From Octopus vulgaris (taxonomy: Eukaryota): 64,000 bases of DNA. Positions 1-12,388 of the stretch are shown here, one piece after another. The stretch's first letter is position 1. Each line of letters opens with the position of its first letter. The notes beneath the pieces were generated by a model. That model was not told the DNA's origin, did no database searches, and saw only the letters and a list, made by a program, of their open reading frames with translations. Made by a program: the position numbers and the translations under genes. The DNA lies in the NCBI GenBank assembly GCA_951406725.2, contig OX597823.1:19902001-19966000 (forward strand), in the 5' to 3' direction.

Positions 1-8
1 CCATTGTT

Positions 9-59
<51 letters not shown>

Positions 60-228
60 ATGTTTGTGTGTCTGTGTTTGTCCCCTCAACATCGCTTGAC
101 AACATCGCTTGACAACCGATAGTATAAGTACTAGGCTAACAAATAATATGTCTTGGGATCGATTTGCTCAACTAAAGGTGGTGCTCCAGCATGGCCACAG
201 TCAAATGACTGAAATAAGTAAAAGAGTA
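60..228 (+). mobile_element. SINE family A, 3' half (internally deleted, 13-bp duplication AACATCGCTTGAC)
   Basis: Matches the 3' half of the full copies at 10356 and 56850 (ataagtactaggct...ggtgctccagcatggcc..agtcaaatgactgaaa..agtaaaagagta). Confidence 0.85.
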
Positions 229-289
229 TATATATATATATATATATATATAACATATATATACATATATATATATGTACAAACGCATT

Positions 290-1752
290 CTAATGTCCCG
301 TACAGGATCGAGAATTTCGTCTTCATTCCGACATACTCAAGTAGGCGAAAGGTGAAAATAAATAATTTGGATGGGTTTCACCAGAACTAGACACCTGCTG
401 GATGATGGCATGCGTTTTGCTACAGGGAGATGATTTCCTTCTAGAAATTAAGAAGCAACGTCAAATTAGAAAATATGGACAAAATTCTGAATTTTATGGA
501 ACACCGAAATGGACACCAGTTGTATATTACATTGGGAGGAAAAGTGCCTAGGTGCTATATATGTGGCTGCACCAACCACCTGAAGATTCTCTGCACAACA
601 TCAAAGGGGAGCAGAAGAAAGGACTCCAGTTCATCCTACCCCACACCAAGAGCAACATCAACAAAACGTACAACAGCAAAAGCTGCAGTAAAACCGAAAT
701 AAAGAGTAACAACAGGAACTAAAACTGAATCAGCTACGATAGCAGCAACAGCGGCAGGCACACCCAGATAAACAACAAATTCCAATAGTAAACCCATCTC
801 CACCCCCAAAAAAAAATTCTTACTACTGCTTTCACATCTGCCACACACGAACACACACATAGTCATGGAAGCACTCCGTCGGTTACGACGACGAGGGTTC
901 CTGTTGATCCGAATCAACGGAACAGCCTGCTCGTGAAATTAACGTGTAAGTGGCCGAGCACTCCACAGACACGTGTACCCTTAACGTAGTTCTCGGGGAT
1001 ATTCAGCGTGAGACAGAGGGTGACAAGGCCGGCCCCGTGAAATACAGGTACAACAGAAACAGGAAGTAAGAGTGAGAGAAAGTTGTGGTGAAAGAGTACA
1101 GCAGGGATCACCACCATCCCCTGCCGGAGCCTCGTGGAGCTTTTAGGTGTTTTCGCTCAATAAACACTCACAACGTCCGGTCTGGGAATCGAAACCGCGA
1201 TCCTATGACCGCGAGTCCGCTGCCCTAACCACTGGGCCATTGCGCCTCCACCACATAGTCATAGGCTCACCAACACAATAATACTACATACATCCTTAAG
1301 TCAAGGATCTCATCGAATGACGAAATCAAACCAAGAAAGCAAAAGTAACCAAACCGGAGAGGTCTGTGATGGTAGGAAGAGAAAGTCAGGAGAAACGAGA
1401 CACCCCAAGATGAATGCAGGTTTATTTAAAGAGACAGAAGACGTTCTCAAAACCTAGGGAGACTCACGAAAATGGGTACAGTGGACAGAACAACGCTTAG
1501 CATGCTTTTTTGGGGTTGAGAACAACAGTTGAGAGATGAACCTTGCTCTTCATGACTAAGGTGATCACGAGTCTGTCGGGGTTCCCTGATTATACCCATT
1601 TAAGGTTCTCGCTGAATCAGCACTGTATTTGTATACCACAAATACTTTTTGTCACATTCTGTTTTCCCATCACCCCCTTATTCCGTTTTATGTAAATTTC
1701 ACATATATTTTTGTTATTCCCTTCCACCTAATATCCCTGTAACAAATAAAAA
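290..1752 (+). pseudogene. Decayed, internally deleted L1/Tx1-like LINE: ORF1 zinc knuckle joined to a probable 3' end
   Basis: ORF 475-702 contains the CX2CX4HX4C knuckle CYICGCTNHLKILC followed by a K/T/S-rich tail. Stops lie upstream, and a T-rich UTR-like stretch ends in AATAAA near 1745. Interrupted by SINE C. Clade assignment is inference. Confidence 0.55.
867..1251 (-). mobile_element. SINE group C (tRNA-Arg-like head), tail type 1, full length with 11-bp TSD
   Basis: Minus-strand head GGAGGCGCAATGGCCCAGTGGTTAGGG (A box) ... GGTTTCGATTCC (B box), with GACTCGCGG resembling an anticodon loop. TSD CACATAGTCAT at 856-866 and 1252-1262. Confidence 0.9.
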
Positions 1753-1765
1753 GATATTATTATTC

Positions 1766-1978
1766 GCAGAATCGTTTAGCGCGTCGGGCAAAATTGCTTA
1801 GCAGCATTTCTTCCGCCGATTTTTTTTCTGAGTTGAAATCATGCAATGGTCAACTTTGCTTTTTATGCCTACGCGGTCGATGAAACAAAGCACCAGGCAA
1901 GTACAGAGGTCAATGTAATCGACTTGCCTCCTCCTCCTCTCAAATTTGTTGGCCTTGTGCCAAATTAGAAAAAGAAAC
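1766..1978 (+). mobile_element. SINE family B, diverged copy
   Basis: gcagaatcgtttagc...ctgagttgaaat...gtcaactttgcttttt...gatgtaatcgactt-like blocks shared with younger B copies. Confidence 0.75.
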
Positions 1979-2745
1979 ATTTCTTTTATTGTTATTTGAA
2001 GCAGAGGTAAAAAGAAAACACGTTTGCAAAAAAAGAGGAAAGAGAAAAAGAAAAAAAAAAGAAAAAGAAACTCTAGAAAATATGCTTAGAAAAGAGCTAA
2101 AAGTAACAAAAGTTAGATATGCACATTAAATTGTTGTTGTATTGTGGAGGGTGTATAGATTAATAGACGAAAGCGTACACAATTCTATAGTTTCGAGCAC
2201 ACACCCAACATTTGTTGTAAACATGTTAATGTGTAACTGTGAAGTATTGTGAAAGGAAGAGACTTATTATTCAGTGGATTTGAATGTTGTGTTTGTAAAT
2301 GATATCAGTATTATCTGGCGCATAGAGGAGGAAGAAACCACCGTATTATAGATAGTACGTAGTGCAAGGTAGGTTATCTATTGGCTCGGTCATTATGCAG
2401 ACGATCTTACGTAACCTCAAATACTTATGCTGCTAATGCTTACCATTGCAGTAGCTGTGACCTAGATGTTTCAAACAGTTCAGCTCCTATTAGAGTCACA
2501 CCTGGTAAGCACAGATGCTTGAGCTCTAGTTAATGTCGATATCTTGGCCTCTCGGCATTGAGTTCAGTTTAAGATCAGGACGTCAGAACTCTATTCGCCA
2601 TTTTTTCCCCCATTAAATTAGCCAGTCCTTCGCCTTGCTGACCAGTTTATGGAAAAGCCCTCTTCTGAAGCGAATGCCCGACATGCGGACAAATCTCCTT
2701 CGAATTATAACCTCAAAACTTAGATACTGATTTCAAATTTTGTCG

Positions 2746-3018
2746 ACGAGGGGGGAAGGAGGAGAGGGAAAGAGGAGGGGGAGGGGAGAGTGAAGGAGGA
2801 GGGGAGGAGTGCAGGGGAAAAGGGAGTAGAAGGATGGGTGGAGAAGGGGGAGGAGGAGGAGAGGAGAGGGAGAGGGAGGCGAGCAGGAGGAGGTTCCTCC
2901 TCCTCCTCCACTCCTCCACCCCTCCTCCACCTCCCCCTTTCTCCACCCACCCTCCTCCACCTCCCCTCCTTCTCCCCCTTTTACTCCCCTCTTCTCCCCC
3001 CTCCTTCTACTCCTCCTC
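2746..3018. repeat. Purine-rich tract switching to a pyrimidine-rich tract at about 2893
   Basis: (GGA/GA)-rich 2746-2893, then (CCT/CT)-rich 2894-3018. Confidence 0.85.
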
Positions 3019-3167
3019 AGCAATTTCAGTGGAGTGGGGGTAAGTTGATTACATTGACCCCTGTGTTCAATTGGCACTAAATTTTTATCGATCCCGGTAG
3101 GATGAAGGGCGAAGTCGACCTCGGCAGAATTTGAGCTCAGAACGTAAAAACGGACGAAACCCGCTAA
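3018..3167 (-). mobile_element. SINE family B, partial
   Basis: ggatgaagggcgaagtcgacctcggcagaatttgagctcagaacgtaa is the reverse complement of the B core. Confidence 0.8.
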
Positions 3168-3399
3168 GTTTTAAATATTAAATGATATTTTTGTTAATGC
3201 CGAAGAGGTGGAAGGTCAGTGCCCATATCCCTTTGCAAAGGTTCCATAATTCACTGTCAGATCGTTAGATCTTAGACCTGAACTGAATGCTTGCTCTAGA
3301 ATGGACCATGCTAAAGGTTCCTAAAGATCGTGTGGTGGTGGTGGTGGTGTTAAACTGGGAGATGGACTTGGTTTAAAACTCAAGAATGGCAAGTCTTTA

Positions 3400-3530
3400 A
3401 TACAGTTTCCGTCAACCAAATTTCGTTGACAAGGATTTGGTAACTGAAGGCTTATGGTAGAATACATGCATCCAATGGGACGTGCCATCGGTTCGAACAT
3501 AAAACCACGCGATTGCGAAGTAAATTTCTG
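3400..3530 (-). mobile_element. SINE family A, old diverged 5' half
   Basis: cagtttccgtcaaccaaat...caaggatttggt...gtagaatacatgc resembles the minus-strand A consensus. Confidence 0.55.
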
Positions 3531-3623
3531 CCCCTGTATGATAGAATAACATCCCTGATATACATATACGTAGATATGTATGTATATTTATTCATACACA
3601 CACACTCAGATGCACGCGCACGC

Positions 3624-3677
<54 letters not shown>

Positions 3678-3689
3678 GCGTTCGCTATT

Positions 3690-4448
3690 TTACTCTCCCA
3701 CCCCAACTAACCCCGCCTCCTTCCACTTCTCTTCTCCCCTCCCCCTCCAACTCCTCCTCGTCCTTTCTCCACCCACCCACCCACCCTCCTCAACCTCCTC
3801 CCGTCCACCCCCTCCACAACGCATCCACCTCTTCCCTCTCATCGCGTCCCCCCTCTCCCCGCCCCTCCCGCTTCTCTTCTCCTCCATCTTGTCCTCCCAT
3901 CCCCTCCTTCTCCTCTCCTTCACCTCTCCTCCTCCACTCCTCCACTACTCCTCCACCTCCTCCTCCTCCTCCCCTCCTCTTCCTCCTCCTCCCCTCTCTT
4001 CCTCCTCCTCCTCCCCACCTCCTCTCCCACCTCCTCTCCTTCTCCTCCTCCTGCTCCCCATCCTCCTCCTCCATTACTCCCCTCCTCCTCCTGCTCCCCA
4101 TCCTCCTCCTCCATTACTCCCCTCCTCCTCCACTTCCTCCTCCACTCTTCCTCCTCCACTCTTCCTCCTCCATCTTCCTAGTCCACCTCCTTCTCCTCCC
4201 CTTCTTCATCATCATTTCTTCTCCTCCTACGCCTCTTCTTTCCCCTCCTACTCCTACTCCTCCCCCTCTTTCGTCTTCTTTTTCTTTTTCCTCTTTCTTT
4301 TCCTCCCCTCCCACTCTCTCACCGCCTCCGCCTCCGCTTTTTCTCTTCCTCCTTCTTACTCCTCCTCCTCATCATCTTCGTCTTCTTTTTCTTTTTCGTC
4401 TTCTTCTTCTTCTTCTTCTTCTTCTTCTTCCGCCTCCCCTTCCTCTTC
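3690..4448. repeat. About 760-bp polypyrimidine low-complexity tract, with an internal 40-bp tandem unit
   Basis: Mostly C/T on the plus strand. Unit cctcctcctgctccccatcctcctcctccattactcc is repeated at about 4044-4125; the tract ends in (TCT)n. Confidence 0.9.
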
Positions 4449-5174
4449 AATTACATTACAGCGCGAGTGTGGTCTCGCAACAAAAACCTCATCGTAGTCA
4501 CTCGACCTTCACAAAACTGCAGCTAAATCTTCCGCAAACATTACTAACTAACTCGGTCCCTAAATAATCTCTTAAAAAACAGTTGACTCTACAAGATAAA
4601 CTAATTACTGCTATCGTTTTTTTGAAGTTGCCCTGGCCATTGTTGTTGCAAATATTCTTGTTGTTGTTCGTAATGGTATTGTTATCATTAGTTTTTCTTT
4701 CATGTTCTTGTGTTGTATGTTTTGGTAATGTTAGTGAGGCGTGGTGCAAGAAGTGTGAGTGGCAGCGAGAGGAGGTTTAGCACCGGATAAAGTCAGTCAG
4801 TCAGTCAGTTCAACAGGCGTCTGAGCGTCTGAAAGTAGTCGCTCTGTTGAGGAACTGTAAACTGAGAAATTACGGGATGGGACACTCCCATTTCAATTCC
4901 GACTGTTACTGCTACTGCTGCTGCCGCTGTTGTTGTTGTTGTTGCTGCTGCTGCTGTTGTCATATGTATGCGCGCGTGTGCGTGCATATGTGAGTGTGCG
5001 CGTGTATGTGTGTGTGTATATGAATGTGTCTGTGTGTGTGTATTTTTTAATTGATAATGGAAAGAACTTTAAGTATTCGCGTATTTTAAAACCTGCGATA
5101 GGAAATAAAATTAAAAAAAAAAAAAACGTAAAACATAATAGAAAAAGAAAGTTGTACCAACATACTTACACATA

Positions 5175-5287
5175 TATGTATGTATGTATATATTTATGTA
5201 TGTATGTATGTATGTATGTATGTATGTATGTATGTATGTATGTATGTATGTATGTATGTATCTATCTATCTATCTATCTATCTATCT
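5175..5287. repeat. (TATG)n(TATC)n microsatellite
   Basis: Read directly. Confidence 0.95.
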
Positions 5288-5289
5288 GT

Positions 5290-5387
5290 GCAAGCGTGGC
5301 TGTGTGGAGAGAAGCTTGTTTCCCAACCATAGTTATGAGTTCAGTCTCTCTGCGTGGCATCTGGGGCAAGTGTCTTCTAGTATAGCC
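5290..5387 (+). mobile_element. SINE family A, tRNA-like head only
   Basis: gtggctgtgtgg...gagttcagtc...tgcgtggcatctggggcaagtgtcttcta. Confidence 0.8.
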
Positions 5388-5771
5388 GCATGTTAAGTTG
5401 ATTCTTCACACCACGAGATTTACCTTACCCGCGTGTTTTGTCTTGATTAAAATTTATAATTATCAATTAGAATTTTATTATAGATATTTTTCGTCAATTG
5501 TCTTAATATTTTACATATTTTTCATATAGCAATAGTTGTTTGCGACGTTTATACAGTTTCTTGGCATTATGAAGGTGAATGGAATATGTGAACTTAGTAC
5601 TGATAATTTGACATTATTTTTGAATTCTGCATGCAAAAACATATAAGGAACGGGTATTCTTTTTCTTGGGACAAATTCTTTGTTGACCAGTGTTATTCTT
5701 ATCGTAGTTTACAAATCCAAGCATGAAAAGGTTACTCAACTTCGAAGTCTTTGAGAAAGACACCCCTTTTT

Positions 5772-5784
5772 CACAGACACACAC

Positions 5785-5855
<71 letters not shown>

Positions 5856-5864
5856 CACACACAC

Positions 5865-5939
<75 letters not shown>

Positions 5940-6021
5940 CACACACGCACACACGCACACACACACACACGCACACACACACACACACGCACACACACAC
6001 ACACGCACACACACACACACA
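5772..6021. repeat. (CA)n microsatellite, about 250 bp
   Basis: Read directly; occasional CG interruptions. Confidence 0.97.
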
Positions 6022-6511
6022 TGTACTTAGGTATTAATGATGCACACAAAAACATGACAGGAAATCGTAATACTGAAATACGCATAAAGTAAACAAACAC
6101 ATGTAGACAAATATTTATTAATATAACAAATTTTTTTAAAATAATAAAATCCTACCATCAATGAAGAGACAAAAGAAACAGTGAGATGATATTTATTGAT
6201 TTTATTAGGTATTTCAGTATATTTAGAAACCTACAATGAAGAGGTCATTTCACAGACGCTAAACTATAAATTTCACAGGGTACAACCTTAAAGTTAACTA
6301 CGCTCCGCTAAACGCAGAAAATTTCTCTCTCGATATTGGCTAAAAATATATAGTTTTTCGAAACCTCTGTAACTTTTTTCTCCAGTCATTTTTCTCCACA
6401 GGATAATACCTTCATAGCAATTAGACTGGAAAACTATATTTTTATATCCGATTTTCAGATTTTAACTGTCTTTTAAAAAACTGCATATTTTGCAAATAAA
6501 AAAACAAGATC

Positions 6512-6522
6512 CTATATATGTA

Positions 6523-6611
<89 letters not shown>
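6512..6611. repeat. (TA)n microsatellite
   Basis: Read directly. Confidence 0.97.
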
Positions 6612-6613
<2 letters not shown>

Positions 6614-6863
6614 ATCAAGAGAAATTTTTTCGCCACCAGCGGTCCAGTGAGAAAGAATAAAATAGTCAACAGACTATATATAATATACATTCAACAATAT
6701 TAAGGAATGGCCTTAATAGGCCATTCGACCCACTAGAAAGAGCAGCTAAACTCAAACCGCTAAATAGTTGTAATTCAGAAATCAAAGGAAAATAAAAACA
6801 TTTACCCTTATCATCTTTGGACTATGCATAGTTTCGACATACATATTGACAAACCGATTTAAT

Positions 6864-6916
<53 letters not shown>

Positions 6917-6921
6917 TCGTT

Positions 6922-7103
6922 TATCTTTTACTTGTTTCAGTCATTAGACTGCGGCCATGGCGGGGCACCTCCTTGAATGAATCGATCCCAGTATCTTTAT
7001 TTCATTTCTTTTATTAACCAGGTACTTGTTGTATCGGTTTATTTTGCCGAACCACTCAGTTATGAGGTCGTAAACACACCAGCACTAGTTGTCAAGCGGT
7101 GGA

Positions 7104-7110
<7 letters not shown>
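6922..7110 (-). mobile_element. SINE family A, 3' half
   Basis: cttttacttgtttcagtcattagactgcggccatg...gtaaacacaccagc...ttgtcaagcg. Confidence 0.85.
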
Positions 7111-7142
<32 letters not shown>

Positions 7143-7594
7143 GCAGGCACGCGCGCGCAAGCACACACACACAGACACCGAACATATAGTTGATGTAAAT
7201 ATTCAATAACGGGTTGACTCAGCGCCACATGGCTTAAAGTTTCTTAAGCGTATCAAAAATATGAAATCCAAATGGAGAAAACTTAAAATACAGTTTAAAA
7301 TGTCTTTGCGGTATGGATATTTAGGGCACCATAGGTGTGTTTGTAATTTAGCGACACCGATTCTGTGTTTCATTACATTGTAAGCAACAAGGTGGTTGTT
7401 CACTTGGCGTTTTGTAGTGTGTGACATTTCAGCCGAAACAGTTTGCATGCGAAGAAGTAACAGTGTGGAATGCTTCGTCAGGCACCTACTTCATATATAA
7501 CGCTTAAAGACCTTAAGCCTAACTTCATTCCAGTCGTATATGTAAGTTAGTCAACTCCCCTAAGCATGTTCTCGATGCTATCAATTTTGGTATC

Positions 7595-7730
7595 AGAAGA
7601 GCAGAGTGGATTCAATGCAGTTCAGCTTCGTTGTAATCAGCTGCTTCCGCGATATCAAGAATAAAACAGCCGGAAAATTCATTTGGTTCGACATCGTAGA
7701 TTTCTGTCCTTCGATATCGAAATCCACCCG
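7595..7730 (+). pseudogene. Penelope-like element reverse transcriptase fragment
   Basis: ORF 7606 peptide VISCFRDIKNKTAGKFIWFDIVDFCPSISKS resembles the PLE RT motif-A region (F.FDIVDFYPSI). Confidence 0.7.
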
Positions 7731-8241
7731 AAACACTCGCATGCACATGTATACAAGAATCTTCGTATCATCTTTTCTGAGAAACAGTGAAATCACTGAG
7801 AATAAATTACTTAAAGTCATGGTATTGAGTTTGAGCATGTCTTATTAAAACAGTTCTTGTGTTTATTCACCCTTGAGCGAATAATCGTAAGATAGTTGCA
7901 GTCAACATAATTAGTTGAGGTAGTTTTTGTTAACAGGTTGACTCAGCTTCACATTAAAAACACTTTCTTGGGGTAGATGTTCATCTTTATCCTCAGATGC
8001 ATGAATGCAGAATAATGAGTGTAAGAACAATATAAAGACGGCTTCTAAGTGTGCAAATGATGGGTGTCGCTTGTTATTTTAGGTCACGTGAATAGTTTGA
8101 TAAAACAATGGTGTCAGATACTTTCTATTTATGCTTTCATATGGTAGATGAAGCAGTTTATAGGCGTCGGAGTCGGCGTTTTGTAAAGGTTTGTGTATTC
8201 AGCGACGTCTGTGTATGTATGTATGTATGTATGTATGTATG

Positions 8242-8272
<31 letters not shown>

Positions 8273-8364
8273 GTAAGTATGTATGTATGTATGTATGTAT
8301 TATGTATGTATGTATGTATTTATGTATGTATGTATGTATTTATGTATGCATGTATATATACATA

Positions 8365-8571
8365 GTTAATCCAAACAAGAAAACACAAAAAGACACAACA
8401 ACGCGAGGACGTGGAACAAATATAGTATTATTGGACGCTCATGAAAGAAGGGAAGAAGGAGGGTTTAACGTTTCGAGCGGAGCTCTTCGTCGGAAACATA
8501 GGAGAAGGAAAGATCCAGAGAAGGGAAAACAGTGGGAAAAAAATCGCCAACGGTACACACGAGGTCACATT
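8365..8571 (-). mobile_element. Short PLE-like terminal fragment carrying a hammerhead-like motif
   Basis: Flanked by TA-rich repeats; same layout as the termini at 24648 and 28608. Confidence 0.6.
8463..8497 (-). ncRNA. Minimal type I hammerhead-like motif (variant core)
   Basis: Minus strand: GUUU CCGACGA A GAGC-UCC-GCUC GAAA CGUU AAAC; stems I and II pair, and stem III is the palindrome ACGU. Confidence 0.55.
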
Positions 8572-9647
8572 TATATATATATATATATATATATATCAGA
8601 ATTTTTTGCGTAATAAGATAAAGACCAAGGCTGTATAGATATTAGAGCATTTATAGATAGGTGTTTCTAGGATATTAATTAAAAATATCCCTTCATCGGA
8701 GATGGTGTGAGAGGATGTTTGATTTTTTGTCCAGTTATAATAAAAACAGTTTTACACTCATCTGAAGGGTTAATCTATATTTTCGTAGAGTACAAGCTTA
8801 TTATTTTTATACAAGAATGTTGTTGATAGTGACTTCGAGGTTTCGGCCAGCCAAGCCATCGTGGGACATTGATACATACATACATACGGCATGCGGTCCC
8901 GTCCATATATATATATGTATTGTGTGTATATATATATGTATATATATTATATATATGTTCCAAAATGCAGTTATATTGATAGTATGATTCTTCGTCCAAT
9001 AATCGCTGGCCATCTTATATGAACACCCCACAATGGGACACTGCTTTCACATTTGGACTGTTTTTGCAGTTGCAGACACAGCCATCCTAGACTCCTTCCA
9101 TTTACTTTGAACGTTATTTGAGTCTTTACAAAAACACATTTACATATGGGTTTTAGACTAGTTTGAAAGCTCTACGATGGTGCACTTACCACCCACGGAC
9201 CAAAACATTCCGTCACAGATTTACACAATCAGAATCGTATCTAAAAATAGTCTTTCTTCCACTAACTAAATATAATACCAATATAGTCCTGGCTGTAATT
9301 AAACGTACACACAGAGTCATAATCAAGCTGTGAAATTAAGACCCGTAGTATGATTGTAAGGATTTTCGGTAAATTGAAATCAAGACCGAAACCTCCACAT
9401 TTGTTCCACGTCAGTAATTTACGACTATACGCATATTAATTAAACACCGAAACGTTAAATAGTACTGTAAGAAGAAATATATGGTCTTAGCTGACGCTGC
9501 ATATATAATTAAATTGTGAGCTATTATACGATACATTTTAATTAGTTAATACGCATGCAATATTGGTTGAAATCTTTGCTGTACTCAGAAGTACATTACG
9601 CCGCCTAGAATACATATTAAATTAAGGTCACAGAGTGTTGCAAAGCC

Positions 9648-9705
9648 GAGATGACTCTAAGCGGAAGCATGGCGTGGGCTTCATCGTCAAAAACAACAGC
9701 AACTG
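9648..9705 (+). pseudogene. RTE-like LINE AP-endonuclease fragment (upstream piece)
   Basis: Translates DDSKRKHGVGFIVKN, containing the APE GVGFIV motif. Confidence 0.5.
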
Positions 9706-10228
9706 AGTAAATTCATTCAAATATGCCATTCTCTTGAAAGTTAAACCGAAATAGGATTTCAAAAAGTTTTAAAACGCCCAGATCACTATATACTTGCAAA
9801 AGGTATGTTGAAATGGTTTATTTTCGATCAGATATCCATATTAGGATAATTTCTTTTTAGTTATACCCTAGAAAATATAGAAAACATTGAAAATTTCACA
9901 TTTGGTTTTTGTCACGCACGTCACATCAGGTATATAAGAATTGTGACCACAGACATTTTTGTCCGGTAAAGTAATTAGCAATTTTTGAAATCTCAAGGTC
10001 TGTAAAAATAAATGCCTTGAGTCTTTTATGCTGCTCTAGAGATATTCAGAGGAATTAGCGATTAACATTTTCAGGTGAAAAAAGTTTTTTTCTGCAATGT
10101 TTTGTGTTTCACACTTTGGATACTTTTCCAAAGAATTCAACATATACTCCAGCTAAAATTTCATGTTTAATACTTACCCGAATAGGTAAAGTTTACTATG
10201 AAAAAGGAACCAATATATTAGTTTAAGA

Positions 10229-10320
10229 TTTACCGAATTATAACGTGTATAAGGAACCATCATGTATAAGGTAGTCCCTAATTTGGGGGGCTTAACATTT
10301 GGAAAAAAGGGTCTGTAAGG
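10229..10320. mobile_element. Possible pogo/Tigger-like DNA transposon end
   Basis: taccgaattataacgtgtataagg... resembles TACCGTATTT...TATAAG-type termini from recall; no partner end found. Confidence 0.3.
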
Positions 10321-10355
10321 GATTATAATACTATCCATGTATAAGAAACTCCTAT

Positions 10356-10762
10356 AGGCGCAGGAGTGGCTGTGTGGTGAGTAGCTTGCTTTATAACCAC
10401 ATGGTTCCGGGTTCAGTCCCACTGCGTGGCATCTTGGGCAGGTGTCTTCTACTATAGCTTCGGGCCGATCAAAGCCTTGTGAGTGGATTTGGTAGACGGA
10501 AACTGAAAGAAGCCCGTCGTATATATGTATATGCATATACATATATGTGTATGTGTGTTTGTTCCATCAACATCGCTTGACAACCGATGCTGGTGTGTTT
10601 ACGTCCCCGTAACTTAGCGGTTTGGCAAAAGCGACCGATAGAATAAGTACTAGGCTTACAAAGAATAAGTCCTGGGGTCAATTTGCTCCACTAAAGGTGG
10701 TGCTCCAGCATGGCCGCAGTCAAATGACTGAAGCAAATAAAAGAATAAAAGAGTAAAGAGTA
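10356..10762 (+). mobile_element. SINE family A, full length
   Basis: Head AGGCGCAGGAGTGGCTGTGTGG (A box), GGTTCAGTCC (B-box-like), CTTGGGCAGGTG core, internal TA/TG microsatellite, AAAAGAGT-type tail. Confidence 0.93.
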
Positions 10763-10887
10763 TATTTTTAAACCTAATTTTTGACAAAAAAGGGTTCCTT
10801 ATACATGTTAAGATACGGCACATCGTAGGTATTTTGTAATTTGTGTCTTTGACTGTTGCGTACGTCTCGCGAGAATGACTCATCAGC

Positions 10888-11200
10888 TGTACAAACAATA
10901 TATCTAACAGGCTCACCAACATACGTGTTACTGTAAAACCGCAAGGTATTACCGTATGTCTGACCGTAATCCAAGTCTGTGCTCCAACATTTGTCATGAT
11001 AATGATGCAGTTGAGAGATTTTATGAAGATCTAGAGAAAACCACCGAAACAGCTCCAAAGAAAGGGGTCGTCATCGTCTTGGGAGACTGGGATGGCCGGA
11101 TAATCCCGGATGCATATAGGAGCAGTGGGAAGGGACAGTGGAGTGTTTTTGGGGATTGGAAAAAGAAAGTATCGCGATGTGTGAGCTTTAGAAATTGCCA
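10888..11200 (+). pseudogene. RTE-like LINE AP-endonuclease fragment, frameshifted
   Basis: ISNRLTNIRVTVKPQ / VIQVCAPT / DAVERFYEDLEKTTETAPKKGVVIVLGDWDGRI match the RTE APE motifs IQVYAPT and GDWNA. Confidence 0.8.
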
Positions 11201-11302
11201 GCTGCTATGAAAGGTAGACTTGACCTTGCTGGAACGCCGGAGCAAACGTTGTAAGGTGTCTTGTTCCATCACCAAGGAAATTAGACAACTCGGCATCTTG
11301 CT

Positions 11303-11904
11303 TGTATGTATGTCATTATTCAGTTTATTTCAAGATTTTTGGCCAGAGAGAAAGAACCGGTTTCAAACCTAGATTCAAGGCTCCTTCATTGGAATTTCAC
11401 CATCAACAACAGGGTAATTTGTGTATGTATGTATGCATGTATGTATGTATGTATGTATGTATGTATGTATGTATGTATGTATGTATGTATGTATGTATGT
11501 ATGTATGTACGTACGTACGTATGTATATATGTATGTTTGTATGTATGCATGTATGTATGTATGTATGTATCTATGTATGTATACGTGCAGATTTGTATGC
11601 TTTGTTTTATATATTTATTCTCATGCATATAGTTACATATCTAGTCATGCTCAAACGTATTTAAATGATAAACTTCTGTTAAGTTTTACAGATTTATACA
11701 GTTCCAGTGATGGATTGGATTTGTAGTTTTCGAATTAGCTTTCTCCTTTCTGGTTTTGAGAAGCCTAATTTCTCAAGATTGGAATTTAGGCAGTGTGTTA
11801 CATATCCCAGGGCCCCAATAATTACAGGTATAAACCTGAACTTGTAATCTGGATAGGGTAACTGCAAATTTGTCAATAATTCAGCGTAGGTATTTTCTTT
11901 TTCA
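11303..11904 (-). mobile_element. R4/Dong-like non-LTR element, 5'-truncated (C-terminal endonuclease region plus 3' UTR) in (TATG)n
   Basis: EKENTYAELLTNLQLPYPDYKFRFIPVIIGALG...LQIQSITGTV resembles the C-terminus of restriction-like-endonuclease LINEs. Second copy at 55709-56752. Confidence 0.75.
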
Positions 11905-12159
11905 TGTATGTATGTATGTATGTATGTATGTATGTATGTATGTATGTATGTATGTATGTATGTATGTATGTATGTATGTATGTATGTGTGTGCGTGTGCA
12001 TAACATGTGTGTACATTCACACATGAATAAATATATGTAAAACACACATACACACACACACACACAAACACACACATATACACCTACATACATATACATA
12101 TGTATACGCGCTCACATACACATTTTAAGCATATGTGTATGTATACGTGTGTATAGAGG

Positions 12160-12271
12160 AAGACGAAGAAGAGGAAGAAAAAGAAGTCGAAGAAAAGAAG
12201 AAACAAGAAAAAAAGAAGAAGAAGAAGAAGAAGAAGAAGAAGAAGAAGAAGAAGAAGAAGAAGAAGAAGAA
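12160..12271. repeat. (GAA)n microsatellite
   Basis: Read directly. Confidence 0.95.
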
Positions 12272-12388
12272 ACCAACCAATATTTAACTTTCTCTGGACA
12301 TTGTTAAACGTTCCCGTTGATTCTGTGTATCTTTCACAAACCAGTTATTTCTTGTTTATTTTCGAGTCTTAACAAACCTTATGTATTT

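Noticed and set aside
3580-4497. 305-aa Pro/Ser/Leu ORF
   Set aside because: A polypyrimidine tract lacks stop codons by composition.
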